34,252 bases of DNA from Candidatus Rifleibacteriota bacterium. Lineage in GTDB: Bacteria; Muiribacteriota; Ozemobacteria; Ozemobacterales; Ozemobacteraceae. The stretch is taken from NCBI GenBank assembly GCA_051747585.1, contig JBNJGH010000026.1:1-34252 (forward strand). Reading direction: 5' to 3'. Positions within the stretch are counted from its first letter, which is position 1. Each line of letters begins with the position of its first letter. Below are positions 18,752 through 27,392 of this stretch, piece after piece. The position numbers and the translations under genes were made by a program. The notes under the pieces were generated by a model. The model saw only the letters and a list, made by a program, of their open reading frames with translations, had not been told where the DNA came from and searched no databases.

Positions 18752-20947
18752 ATGAGTAATCGGCTTGACCACATGATAATTGATATTAATCTGGCTGGAC
18801 TTCATTCAGATGATTGGTTCACGCGTGAATTGTCCATTTTTCAGTTGCAAAATTACCTTGCCGATGAAAAAGTTCAGGTTGAATTGGTACGCGCAAAAAA
18901 AAAAGAAACACACCCGGATCTAAAGCAACAGCTCCAATCATTACTGGATTTGATCTCAATAGAGGCAGGCGCTTTTGAGTCCTGGCAAGAAGATGAAATA
19001 GCTCCGCAAAAGCCTGATGAAATTTGGTTCAAACATGCAAACTTTACCATTGATGAACTGCTCAAACAGCTGGAAGAATTAGACGCAGACGACCAGATTG
19101 ACACGCTCTGCCGGATAATAAAAGGTGAAAAAAATTCTCTCAGACTTATCCCATTGTTTTCAAAACCTCATAAGCTGTTGAAGAGCAACCTAGTTCTCGG
19201 TCATCTTGCAGCAAAGCTGAACAGCAAAAACGATATTTTTCTTATTCGTCTGCTTATTTTTCTTAGTCGTAATGCTCCTGCGTATATTCTTAATCAATTA
19301 AAACCATTGTTGGCTCATGAAAATTTTTATGTAAAAGTTCTGGCACTGAAGACTCTTTTTCAATTTGCACCTTCCCAGGCAATCAGACTTTTAAATGAGC
19401 TGGTAATTGTTCGGAAAAGCAATATTGCAGCTTGTAATCTGCTGTTTCTTTTTCCCTTTGAGAACATTAAAAATATTGTAACCAGACTGATTGAGCAGAG
19501 GGCTTTAAGCGACACTGCTATCCAGAAGGCTATTGAAAATCTTGTCTTAAACAATCCGGATCCAGAGTTTTTTGAACAGCTTGTCAGGCTTGAGTTATTG
19601 CGTGGGAAAGAAATTCCAGAAATAAGGAGACTGCGTTTTAAAGCCTTGGATTCACTTGATATTGCTGGGTTTTTGACGAAAGATAAGGCCTCATTTTGTG
19701 AAGAGGCTTTTGCCAGAAATGCTTCATTTTTGTTTGAACAGACAGGTTTAAAGATAGGCGAAGATTCGGTTAATTCTTTGTCGTCTCCGGTGCAAAACGA
19801 AAGTCTGCAAACAGAAACAGCAGAAAATAGTCATATAGAATGCATTATTGCCAAAGATCAGTTGTCTAAAGAAGATGAAAAAAAACTGAAGCACCACTTT
19901 GTTTCAGGATATGAGTCAGCAGCTTCACTGATGAAGGCGGTCAAAAAGTTTAAACTTAATCATGGATTTGTGATTAAATGGCTTGAAGATCAGCTGTCGG
20001 AGGCGACACCTGATCTGAAAATCATTGCTATGCAGTTGTTGTCAGAATTGAAATTTTCCCGACTCCTGCCTCATCTTCCGGTTTTGTGTCTGGATCAAAA
20101 TCGCAATGTATCTGCTAATGCAATAAGAATATTCAGAAAGCATGCCCGTAGAAAATTACTCAAATGTATTGAGCAATGGTTAAAAGAGGATAACGATAAG
20201 ACCTGGAAAGCTTCCTTAACCGGCCTGTTGCAGGTTAGAGTTGATGATGCACGAATGATTTTGCTGCAACATTTCGAGCGTACCGAAAGAGTCTCTTTCA
20301 TTAAGTTCTTCTCACCAGTTTTTCATGTTTCTCCTGATTTCCAGACACTTTTTGAGCTTGAAAAAATACTTTCTTCAAGCAGAGGAGCTAAGCGGGAAGC
20401 TTTGTGTGAGCAAATAGAACTGCTTAAAAAGGCTCTTGGAGTAATAAAAAATGATAAATCCAAAGCAATCGTCGAAATTTCTCAGGCTGGCTTACAGATG
20501 AAGTGGGATGAGATTTCCGATAGCCTTGAAAAATTTAGTTATCTGGCAGATGAAACCGAGCTGGTAGAAAGAACAATTAATTTTATCAAAAGCAATCGCT
20601 ATATTTTGCTGGCTGCGTTTTCAATTTTTCTACTGGCACTAATTTACTGGCAAAGGCCTGCGTCAAATGTTGTGCAAAAAGAGGCTGATAATTCAACGCT
20701 GCAGGGGAAGACTACTCAGGCTATTCCGAGGCTTGAAATAGGAATGCGAAAATTCATGACCTTAAACAGTTATGATCCAATTAACCAGTTTTGGCAAGCA
20801 ACCGGCTCTGATGGCACCATATACAAACTGAAATTGATCAGACCCGATCAATATTCACCAGGCTTTAAGGGAAATTTTAAAATTTTGGCATACAGGATTT
20901 CTTTCCTGGGTTATCCTGTGGTAAGCTGTAAACATGTAACCCCTTAG
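18752..20947 (+). CDS. HEAT-repeat protein with a C-terminal TM and a small beta-rich domain (module C)
   Basis: Aligns with 3017..5212 (AIRLL.EL, LFL.PF, NNPD..FF, GL...W..I). TM ILLAAFSIFLLALIYW. Confidence 0.75.
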   Translation: MSNRLDHMIIDINLAGLHSDDWFTRELSIFQLQNYLADEKVQVELVRAKKKETHPDLKQQLQSLLDLISIEAGAFESWQEDEIAPQKPDEIWFKHANFTIDELLKQLEELDADDQIDTLCRIIKGEKNSLRLIPLFSKPHKLLKSNLVLGHLAAKLNSKNDIFLIRLLIFLSRNAPAYILNQLKPLLAHENFYVKVLALKTLFQFAPSQAIRLLNELVIVRKSNIAACNLLFLFPFENIKNIVTRLIEQRALSDTAIQKAIENLVLNNPDPEFFEQLVRLELLRGKEIPEIRRLRFKALDSLDIAGFLTKDKASFCEEAFARNASFLFEQTGLKIGEDSVNSLSSPVQNESLQTETAENSHIECIIAKDQLSKEDEKKLKHHFVSGYESAASLMKAVKKFKLNHGFVIKWLEDQLSEATPDLKIIAMQLLSELKFSRLLPHLPVLCLDQNRNVSANAIRIFRKHARRKLLKCIEQWLKEDNDKTWKASLTGLLQVRVDDARMILLQHFERTERVSFIKFFSPVFHVSPDFQTLFELEKILSSSRGAKREALCEQIELLKKALGVIKNDKSKAIVEISQAGLQMKWDEISDSLEKFSYLADETELVERTINFIKSNRYILLAAFSIFLLALIYWQRPASNVVQKEADNSTLQGKTTQAIPRLEIGMRKFMTLNSYDPINQFWQATGSDGTIYKLKLIRPDQYSPGFKGNFKILAYRISFLGYPVVSCKHVTP

Positions 20948-20959
20948 TGGAGTGTTTTT

Positions 20960-21307
20960 ATGAAAAATTTAATCGAGCAACGTGAGTTTGGTGAGCATAT
21001 TGTTTTTTTTCTTAAGGGATACATGAATAAGGAAATGGCACTTCGTTTGCTTTCCCAATACAGGCTTCAGAAGGAAAAGGGAATGAAGTTTTTTATTCTT
21101 GATTTTTCCGAAGTCACTCTTGTTAATTCTTCTGCCCTGAGCTGTCTGCTGGATATAGTTTCTGAATGCATTGGAGAAGAAGATACCGGGTTTTATTTTT
21201 GTGGTGTTCAGGAAAATTGCTATTATGGAATGTCGGCTGTTGGATTGATGAATTGCGTAACAGAGTATGACAGCTTTGAGCAGGCAAAGGCCGATTTATT
21301 AGTTTAA
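20960..21307 (+). CDS. STAS-domain anti-sigma-factor antagonist, copy 2
   Basis: FILDFSEVTLVNSSALSCLL and VTEYDSFEQA. Paralog of 296..646. Confidence 0.85.
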   Translation: MKNLIEQREFGEHIVFFLKGYMNKEMALRLLSQYRLQKEKGMKFFILDFSEVTLVNSSALSCLLDIVSECIGEEDTGFYFCGVQENCYYGMSAVGLMNCVTEYDSFEQAKADLLV

Positions 21308-21435
21308 GACCAATACTTCAAAGGTCATAGCCACTACAAACATCCGAATTAGTGACGCACCAGGAAGCAAAAAAAGAGTCAGCCCGACCAGATTCCCGGC
21401 CAAAACCTTTCTTCGCAAACGCTACAGCAACCACC

Positions 21436-21482
21436 AAAAAAGCTGCCTCAAAAAGTTCATTGGCTTGGAACTATGAAGCAGC
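21436..21482 (-). terminator. Intrinsic terminator of the 23457..21496 gene
   Basis: The minus strand reads GCTGCTTCA...AGTTC...GAACT...TGAGGCAGC (one G-U pair) followed by T6. Confidence 0.65.
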
Positions 21483-21495
21483 CTTTAGTTTTTAT

Positions 21496-23457
21496 TTAGA
21501 AGGGGGAATCACTGAGCGAGTCGTTGTCGGTGGTTTCCTGCCAGTCGGAATCAAAAAGCATAAGATCGAGGGTCGGGCAGACTTCTTTGAGGTCTTTGCC
21601 GTTATTTTTCCAACTCACTCTTTTGCCGGTTTTGCTTAAGAATTGCATGTTTTTGATTTTTATATCTTCTTCTGAGCTTGGGACAAGAAATCCCTGGCTC
21701 ATATTATCCGAAGTTAATCGGAACCTGTAAGAATTTCTGCCTGCTTCAAGATTACCCAGAACCATGACAATTTCATCTGACTGCTCGCCAAAACTAAGAA
21801 AATCGCCGGAGATAAAAACCGGTTTTAATAACTCGGTCACAGGTGCCAACGCTAAATCACCATTAAACATTGGAATTTCAGTAATTGTTTTTATTTTTTT
21901 CCCGTTTTTCGTGTGTACTTCAGTTGTTACCTCAAATTTGAAGTTTTCGGGGTTAGATTCATAGGCATCTGAAGCATAAACTGATTTTAGCGGGAAAAGA
22001 AATTTAGTTGCTTCATTCCCATTTCTGTCTTTCCAGGATTGTTGATTATCTTTATTGAAAATTGCGAGTTTAGAGACCATACCTGAAATTTGTCTGTTTC
22101 CATTCATGGGTGTCACAGTCATAGTGATGTAATTGAAACCGAGATGATCAGGGTTGCCTACCGGAGGAATCATGAAGAAGGCGCTTTCCCAATGACCACC
22201 AGGCAATACTGTTATACATTCATCTTGAATTTCTTTGTCGAATGATCCAATTCCAATTGGGCCACCAAAGGCTGTTCGCCGTTCAACTATGGCCTGACGA
22301 TCAAATGTGTAGGTAAATTTTCCTTTTTTTACATATTTTGCGTCTTTCAGGGCGAAGCTTGCGCCAAAATCGGCTTTTGATTTTGCAATCATATCTATAA
22401 TTTTCTGCATGGTTCCGACGTATGGTACAGCTGTGGCCGCAGTAGATGAAAGTTCCTGAATTGCTTGTCCAACCTGTTTTACAGTGTCTGCCGTCGGATT
22501 GACTTTTTTCTTGAGGGGCGCTATAGCTCCTGCTACCGCAGGCGGAACTTTTTCAGGCATTTTTATCTGAGCAAACATCTCTTTGGTAATCAGATTTAAA
22601 ATAGGCTCCATAACAGCATCTATTTGTTCTGAAGACATTGCTTCATTTGAAAGAGAAGTTACTTTAATCATGCTGTTACTGGTCAATTTTTCTCTAATTG
22701 TAGAAAAATCTGCACCCAGGCTTCCTGCCAGATTTGCATAAGCTACCTGGGCCTTCAGCTTGGTGTCAGTGCTGAAATGTTTGTAGCAGGCATCCCAGTT
22801 AACTTCGACTGTAAAACCACCAGAAGGGGTCATTCCCTGAAATGTGTAAGTAATTAAAACCGGCAGGCCGCCTTTGCCACGGCAAAGTGCTTCCATGACA
22901 TCTGCACCAAGATCGGTAAGATTGAGCATAAATGGATATTGCTGGTTACCAAAAATGGGTGCTATACCTTTTTTTACCGGAGCTGACACAAGAAAATCGC
23001 CGTTCAGGTCATACATGTTTATGGTTGAATCTTTTATGGGTAGCGGAGACAGATTGTATTTGACGTTTTTATCTGAGACCGGGAAATTTTGTTTGATTTT
23101 ATCGAGAAGTTTGTTTTGTGTTTTCTCAGAAATGCCGGTTTGCAATGATAATTGAAGAATACCACCCTGTTTGAGCTCGCCGTCAATTTCGCGTTGATAA
23201 GTGAGTAATTGAAAAACAGGTTTTCTTTCATTGTCGTCATATTCAACTGCAACATGCGGTCGGGCAGGCACAAAATAAAACTGACCTTCTATTCTGCCAT
23301 CTTTGATGATAGTAAAAGTTTCATTGCCAAATTCGGTTTTTACAGTCATAAACCATGCATCAGAAGCTGCAGTGCTTGGTGCCTGGGCAAAACAGCTTGC
23401 AGAAGCAACAGCAACTGCAAAAACAACTAAGATAGAAATTTTTGGAAAAAATCGCAT
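21496..23457 (-). CDS. Large secreted hypothetical protein
   Basis: RBS GGAGGG, ATG at 23457 (track start is 23520). Signal peptide MRFFPKISILVVFAVAVASASCFA. Long intact ORF, family not recognised. Confidence 0.8.
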   Translation of the reverse strand: MRFFPKISILVVFAVAVASASCFAQAPSTAASDAWFMTVKTEFGNETFTIIKDGRIEGQFYFVPARPHVAVEYDDNERKPVFQLLTYQREIDGELKQGGILQLSLQTGISEKTQNKLLDKIKQNFPVSDKNVKYNLSPLPIKDSTINMYDLNGDFLVSAPVKKGIAPIFGNQQYPFMLNLTDLGADVMEALCRGKGGLPVLITYTFQGMTPSGGFTVEVNWDACYKHFSTDTKLKAQVAYANLAGSLGADFSTIREKLTSNSMIKVTSLSNEAMSSEQIDAVMEPILNLITKEMFAQIKMPEKVPPAVAGAIAPLKKKVNPTADTVKQVGQAIQELSSTAATAVPYVGTMQKIIDMIAKSKADFGASFALKDAKYVKKGKFTYTFDRQAIVERRTAFGGPIGIGSFDKEIQDECITVLPGGHWESAFFMIPPVGNPDHLGFNYITMTVTPMNGNRQISGMVSKLAIFNKDNQQSWKDRNGNEATKFLFPLKSVYASDAYESNPENFKFEVTTEVHTKNGKKIKTITEIPMFNGDLALAPVTELLKPVFISGDFLSFGEQSDEIVMVLGNLEAGRNSYRFRLTSDNMSQGFLVPSSEEDIKIKNMQFLSKTGKRVSWKNNGKDLKEVCPTLDLMLFDSDWQETTDNDSLSDSPF

Positions 23458-23540
23458 GGATTGTACCCTCCAGAGTTTTGTTATCTCTGAAGAATATACT
23501 TTTTTGCTAATTTTAATCAATCAATTTTTAAAGCATGCTC

Positions 23541-24260
23541 TCAGGTGATTTTGAAGTATGAGCCGGTGCTGAAATCCCATGAATCGGCGCTTATTTTAAG
23601 GCTGGTTTTGTAGCCGTAATTTCCGCTGAACAGATGCGAGAACTCATCAACTGCTGCTTTTGGATCGACCGCATACTTTTGCTGAAACTTGTGAGATTCT
23701 TTGCCCATTGCCGTCAAATTTTTGCTGTTTGAAATTCCCACATATAAATTGCGCAATTCTGAATTGCCATTAATAAAATTTTCAATTTTTTCCTTGTCAG
23801 GATGATCTTCATTAACTCGAATTTTTCCGCTGCCTGCCGCTATGTTTATATCTATTGGCGGTTCAGGTGATATCTCCTCGTCTCTCATCCAGTTAGAAAG
23901 GTGTTTTTTGAATATTTTAACAGCTTTATCAGCGTTCTTTTCCATTTCCGCACCGGTGATGACGTTATCATCCGAGGCCAGTGTCCACATTGAATTTCTG
24001 GCTTTCAGTAGATCATCTCCAGGTTTAAGAGGTTTGATCCCGAATTCTTTTTCTATATCTCTTAGAATAGACTTGTCTACAGACGTCAGAACCCTGACGT
24101 TAGAATTTGATTGCCTTGTCGGGGCAGCTTGAAGAGATTTTTCTTCTTCGCTTGCCAGGTCCGGGTTAAAGCTTTGGCTATTTTGTTTTGGACTGTTTGC
24201 TTTCAGGCCGTTTGAGCAAAAAGATGCCTGATAATCTACCCTGTTAATTGCTGCAGGCAT
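23541..24260 (-). CDS. Hypothetical protein (weak resemblance to DUF4885-like proteins)
   Basis: RBS AAGGAG before ATG 24260. Low-complexity N-terminus. Contains GKIRVNEDHPDKEKIENFIN. Confidence 0.65.
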   Translation of the reverse strand: MPAAINRVDYQASFCSNGLKANSPKQNSQSFNPDLASEEEKSLQAAPTRQSNSNVRVLTSVDKSILRDIEKEFGIKPLKPGDDLLKARNSMWTLASDDNVITGAEMEKNADKAVKIFKKHLSNWMRDEEISPEPPIDINIAAGSGKIRVNEDHPDKEKIENFINGNSELRNLYVGISNSKNLTAMGKESHKFQQKYAVDPKAAVDEFSHLFSGNYGYKTSLKISADSWDFSTGSYFKIT

Positions 24261-24475
24261 GGTTAGCTCCTTATTGCTTGTCATCCATGACTGAATATTG
24301 ACACTTATCCCTATCTATTTAAATAATCGACAATTTTGGGTCGGTAAATTAAAGCTTTTTGTGACAATGTTCTGGCAACGAATCTCAGTAAGTTTCAAAA
24401 ATAGAACATATCTCGCATGTAGTCGCAAATTAACTTCCGGAGAATTACTTTATAAGATGTTTTTCGTTATTTTAC

Positions 24476-24504
24476 TTGAATGTTTTTAACTAAGAAATTA
24501 AAAT
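24476..24504 (+). promoter_or_regulatory. Possible sigma70 promoter
   Basis: TTGAAT, 17-nt spacer, TAAAAT, upstream of ATG 24556. Confidence 0.45.
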
Positions 24505-24555
24505 AAAATTCATAATCAGGCTCATAGTTTTTTTCAGGTTGATGTGAGAGGTGTT

Positions 24556-25443
24556 ATGTCGGAAACCTTGGTAGTTAAATGCAATAAGTGTTCACAGAAA
24601 ATTGCTTTGCCATACGACTTTGATTCACCCGTATTTCTTTGTCCTCGCTGTCAGAACAAGATGACGACTCCGCCTGAGATCTTTTCTTCGCCGCCAGAAG
24701 CAAAAAATAGTCAGCCCGACCTTCTCGGTCAAACCCCTTCTTCTGTCCTGCCGCAGCCGCCGCCCGAAAAGCAGCAATCTCAACAGCCGCCCTCACAAAC
24801 AATTTCGCCCCAATCGCCACAATCATCTAATAAACAAGCGCCAACTAAAGATATTCCTCCATCTTCTGTTGAGACAAAAACACCAGCAAAAACACTAAGG
24901 CAACCAGACTCCGGTTCTTCACGTTCAACTAATTTCGCACCTGCAGATAACGCAGCTTCAGCAAAAAAGAAAGGAACAAGAGCTCAGCTTGTCGAAAAAG
25001 TTGGAGAAGTTCAGTTGAAAGAGTGTCTTAAAGCTTATGTAGAAAATAGCTTGAGTCATGACCCTATACCTAGAGCAGAATTTACGCGCCGTCTAATGAA
25101 AGCCGGAATGGATACCCAAACAGCGGCAGCTTTAATTGCTTATGCGCAAAAAAGCGATGAAGGCAAAAAACTTGCGCTGGAAACTTCCTGGACATATTTA
25201 ATCTATGGCTCAGCGGCCATAATTCTGGGGATATTAGCTAACATTTTTACTATTGTAGCCACCGGATACATTGTTCATGCTTTGGTAGCTGTGCCCATTA
25301 TTGGCCTTCTAACCGTCGTAATTTCCGGACAAAAGATTCTGGCGGCAAATTTTCCTATAGTCAATACGCAGGCGTTTAAGACCTTGCTTGCTTTTATTTT
25401 TTTAATGATCGTTGTCGGTGGAATTTATTTTGCTGTTCGTTAA
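24556..25443 (+). CDS. Zinc-ribbon + Pro/Gln/Ser linker + C-terminal multi-TM membrane protein
   Basis: CNKC...CPRC at the N-terminus, a low-complexity linker, about three C-terminal hydrophobic helices. RBS GAGGTG. Confidence 0.8.
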   Translation: MSETLVVKCNKCSQKIALPYDFDSPVFLCPRCQNKMTTPPEIFSSPPEAKNSQPDLLGQTPSSVLPQPPPEKQQSQQPPSQTISPQSPQSSNKQAPTKDIPPSSVETKTPAKTLRQPDSGSSRSTNFAPADNAASAKKKGTRAQLVEKVGEVQLKECLKAYVENSLSHDPIPRAEFTRRLMKAGMDTQTAAALIAYAQKSDEGKKLALETSWTYLIYGSAAIILGILANIFTIVATGYIVHALVAVPIIGLLTVVISGQKILAANFPIVNTQAFKTLLAFIFLMIVVGGIYFAVR

Positions 25444-25554
25444 AAATTAAAAATCAACTCGGGGCACTATTTGTAGCAATTCCTGGTCAGCGACCATCAG
25501 TTGGTTTCAAAAAAGAAAATTCCTCACACCAAGTCTCGAAGCCACAAAGAAAAT

Positions 25555-25764
25555 AACCACAGAGCGCACAGAGAACACAGAGAATCTTTTTCAGCCAGGG
25601 ATTGTCCTTTGGACAATCAGCCGGCGGTTTCACCGCCCGGCTTTTCCTTCTTCAGCAAGCCTTCAGAAAAACACGAGTGCTTTTCTGAAGGCTTGCTGAA
25701 GAAGGAAACAATGGCTGAAAAAGATTAAAAAATCTACTCTGTGACCTCGGCGGCTTCAGTGGTT
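25555..25764. repeat. Multi-branch palindromic intergenic element (REP/MITE-like or structured RNA)
   Basis: Nested inverted repeats: 15 bp perfect (25583-25597 / 25712-25726), 28 bp perfect (25643-25670 / 25681-25708), two small hairpins, and outer AACCAC...CACAGAG / CTCTGTG...GTGGTT arms. Confidence 0.8.
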
Positions 25765-25866
25765 TAAGTTCTTTATTTGCCCTAAAGAAATAAACCAGAA
25801 CTTTTTGTAACCTGCTAATAATAATTGACAGAGAATTCCTGCATAATTTGCTTTCGGTGGTTAAAT

Positions 25867-27363
25867 TTAGAAGGGAAATTCTTCTTCGGATTCTTCAGGT
25901 TTTAAAGGCTCGGATTCGGGCAATTCGATGTGTTTTTGCTTGAGTATAGGCTTGACTACAACCGCTCTTATTGGTCTTACCGGGCAAATGTGTTCGCAGC
26001 CGCCGCAACCAACGCAAATTGCTGGATCAACTTCAGGAATCTTCAAGCCCTGTTCATAGGGCACCATTCTTACGGCTTTCGTCGGGCAGTGTTCGGCGCA
26101 TGCACCACAATCTTTTTTATCGGTTTTTACCACGCAAAGGTCTTTATCGTATTCTACTTGAGCTATTTTGAGAGTCTCTTTTTCTTTTAAGCTTACTGGC
26201 TTTAAAGCGCCGGTAGGGCAGATTTCAGTGCAGATGTTGCAGGTTTGCTCACACATTCCGTTGGTGTAATTTAACTGTGGTTTGACAAGGCTTGAGTATA
26301 CAGAGCTAGTTCCCACAATTATAGCTGATGGACAAGATGAAACACAAAGATGACAAGAAATACATTTGCTTGAAAATCGCTGCATGTCAGAAGCGCCTGG
26401 CGGTAGAATAACAGGCTCTGCTTCTGCTCTGGGAACAGGAATATAAGGAGCGAGATATGCGGCAGCACCCAGGGCAGCACCGGTAATTACAGCTCTTCGC
26501 TGAGGAGAAAAATTCTTGTCAGTTCGCTTGATTCTTTCGCTGACAAAGCTGGTTTTTATTGCATCGGTCGGACAAATGCCAACACAGTTCAAGCACATAA
26601 CGCATCGGGAAAAATCAAGTTGCCCCGTATCGATATCTATGCAGCCGGCTTTGCAATTTTTACGACAAAGCTGACAACTGATGCAGTCGTTCTGGTTTAT
26701 TTCGAGCTTGAAAAGTGAAAAATTGCTTGTCAGTCTCAGAATGGCTCCGACAGGGCAGATTGTATTGCAGTATATTCTTCCCCATTTTCTTACTATTAAC
26801 AGTAAGATCAAAGTCAAAGCCACAGCTGCCAAAAAGTTAGCTGGGCCTGTGGGGTTTGCTCTTACCTTGTTCAGCCAGCTGACACTTGACTGAAATTCTG
26901 CAATCCATAAAGAAAGCCTTGTTGTAGCCGGCTGAACCAGATTGGTAAAAATTCTGCCGGAAACAGCAAATGGCTCGGTTAAATTAAGAAAAGTCATGAA
27001 GCCGGCAAAGGCGGTAAATATTATAATTAATGCCACAATAGTATGAAGCTTAAAAAATTCTTTTTGCCGGGGGAGTCCATTTTTTTTATCGCGAAATGAA
27101 ATTCTTGCCAGAAAATCCTGTATGAGACCAAAAGGACACAAAAAAGAACAATAAAGCCTGCCCGCAAGAAGAGTGACTAAAATGACTGTCAGAACGGTTA
27201 TCCAGAATACGGGGCTGGAAAACAAAGCAGGGAAAAATTGCGCCGCCAAAAGTTTGTCAGCTAACTGACCTCTGCCAAAAGATTCAAATCTGGCAAATAT
27301 TAGAACAAAGAGCGCAAGAACGATAACAGCAAATGCACGTCTAAAGTATAAGAGTTTTTTCAT
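25867..27363 (-). CDS. 4Fe-4S binding membrane protein (NapH/MauN-like fused to a NapF/MauM-like polyferredoxin)
   Basis: GRLYCSFLCPFG, GRIYCNTICPVG, multiple CxxCxxCxxxCP motifs, N-terminal TM helices. Confidence 0.92.
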   Translation of the reverse strand: MKKLLYFRRAFAVIVLALFVLIFARFESFGRGQLADKLLAAQFFPALFSSPVFWITVLTVILVTLLAGRLYCSFLCPFGLIQDFLARISFRDKKNGLPRQKEFFKLHTIVALIIIFTAFAGFMTFLNLTEPFAVSGRIFTNLVQPATTRLSLWIAEFQSSVSWLNKVRANPTGPANFLAAVALTLILLLIVRKWGRIYCNTICPVGAILRLTSNFSLFKLEINQNDCISCQLCRKNCKAGCIDIDTGQLDFSRCVMCLNCVGICPTDAIKTSFVSERIKRTDKNFSPQRRAVITGAALGAAAYLAPYIPVPRAEAEPVILPPGASDMQRFSSKCISCHLCVSSCPSAIIVGTSSVYSSLVKPQLNYTNGMCEQTCNICTEICPTGALKPVSLKEKETLKIAQVEYDKDLCVVKTDKKDCGACAEHCPTKAVRMVPYEQGLKIPEVDPAICVGCGGCEHICPVRPIRAVVVKPILKQKHIELPESEPLKPEESEEEFPF

Positions 27364-27392
27364 GCTTTATTATTTAATCAGAATATAAGGAT

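Noticed and set aside
21352..21639. 95-aa + strand ORF
   Set aside because: It spans the terminator and overlaps the 3' end of the convergent gene, with no recognisable features.
25501..25728. 75-aa ORF (HRAHREHRE...)
   Set aside because: It coincides with the palindromic element, has a TTG start with no RBS, and is probably a translation artefact.
25555..25764. CRISPR array or tRNA
   Set aside because: There are no regularly spaced direct repeats with spacers and no cas genes. Stem sizes and motifs do not fit a tRNA.
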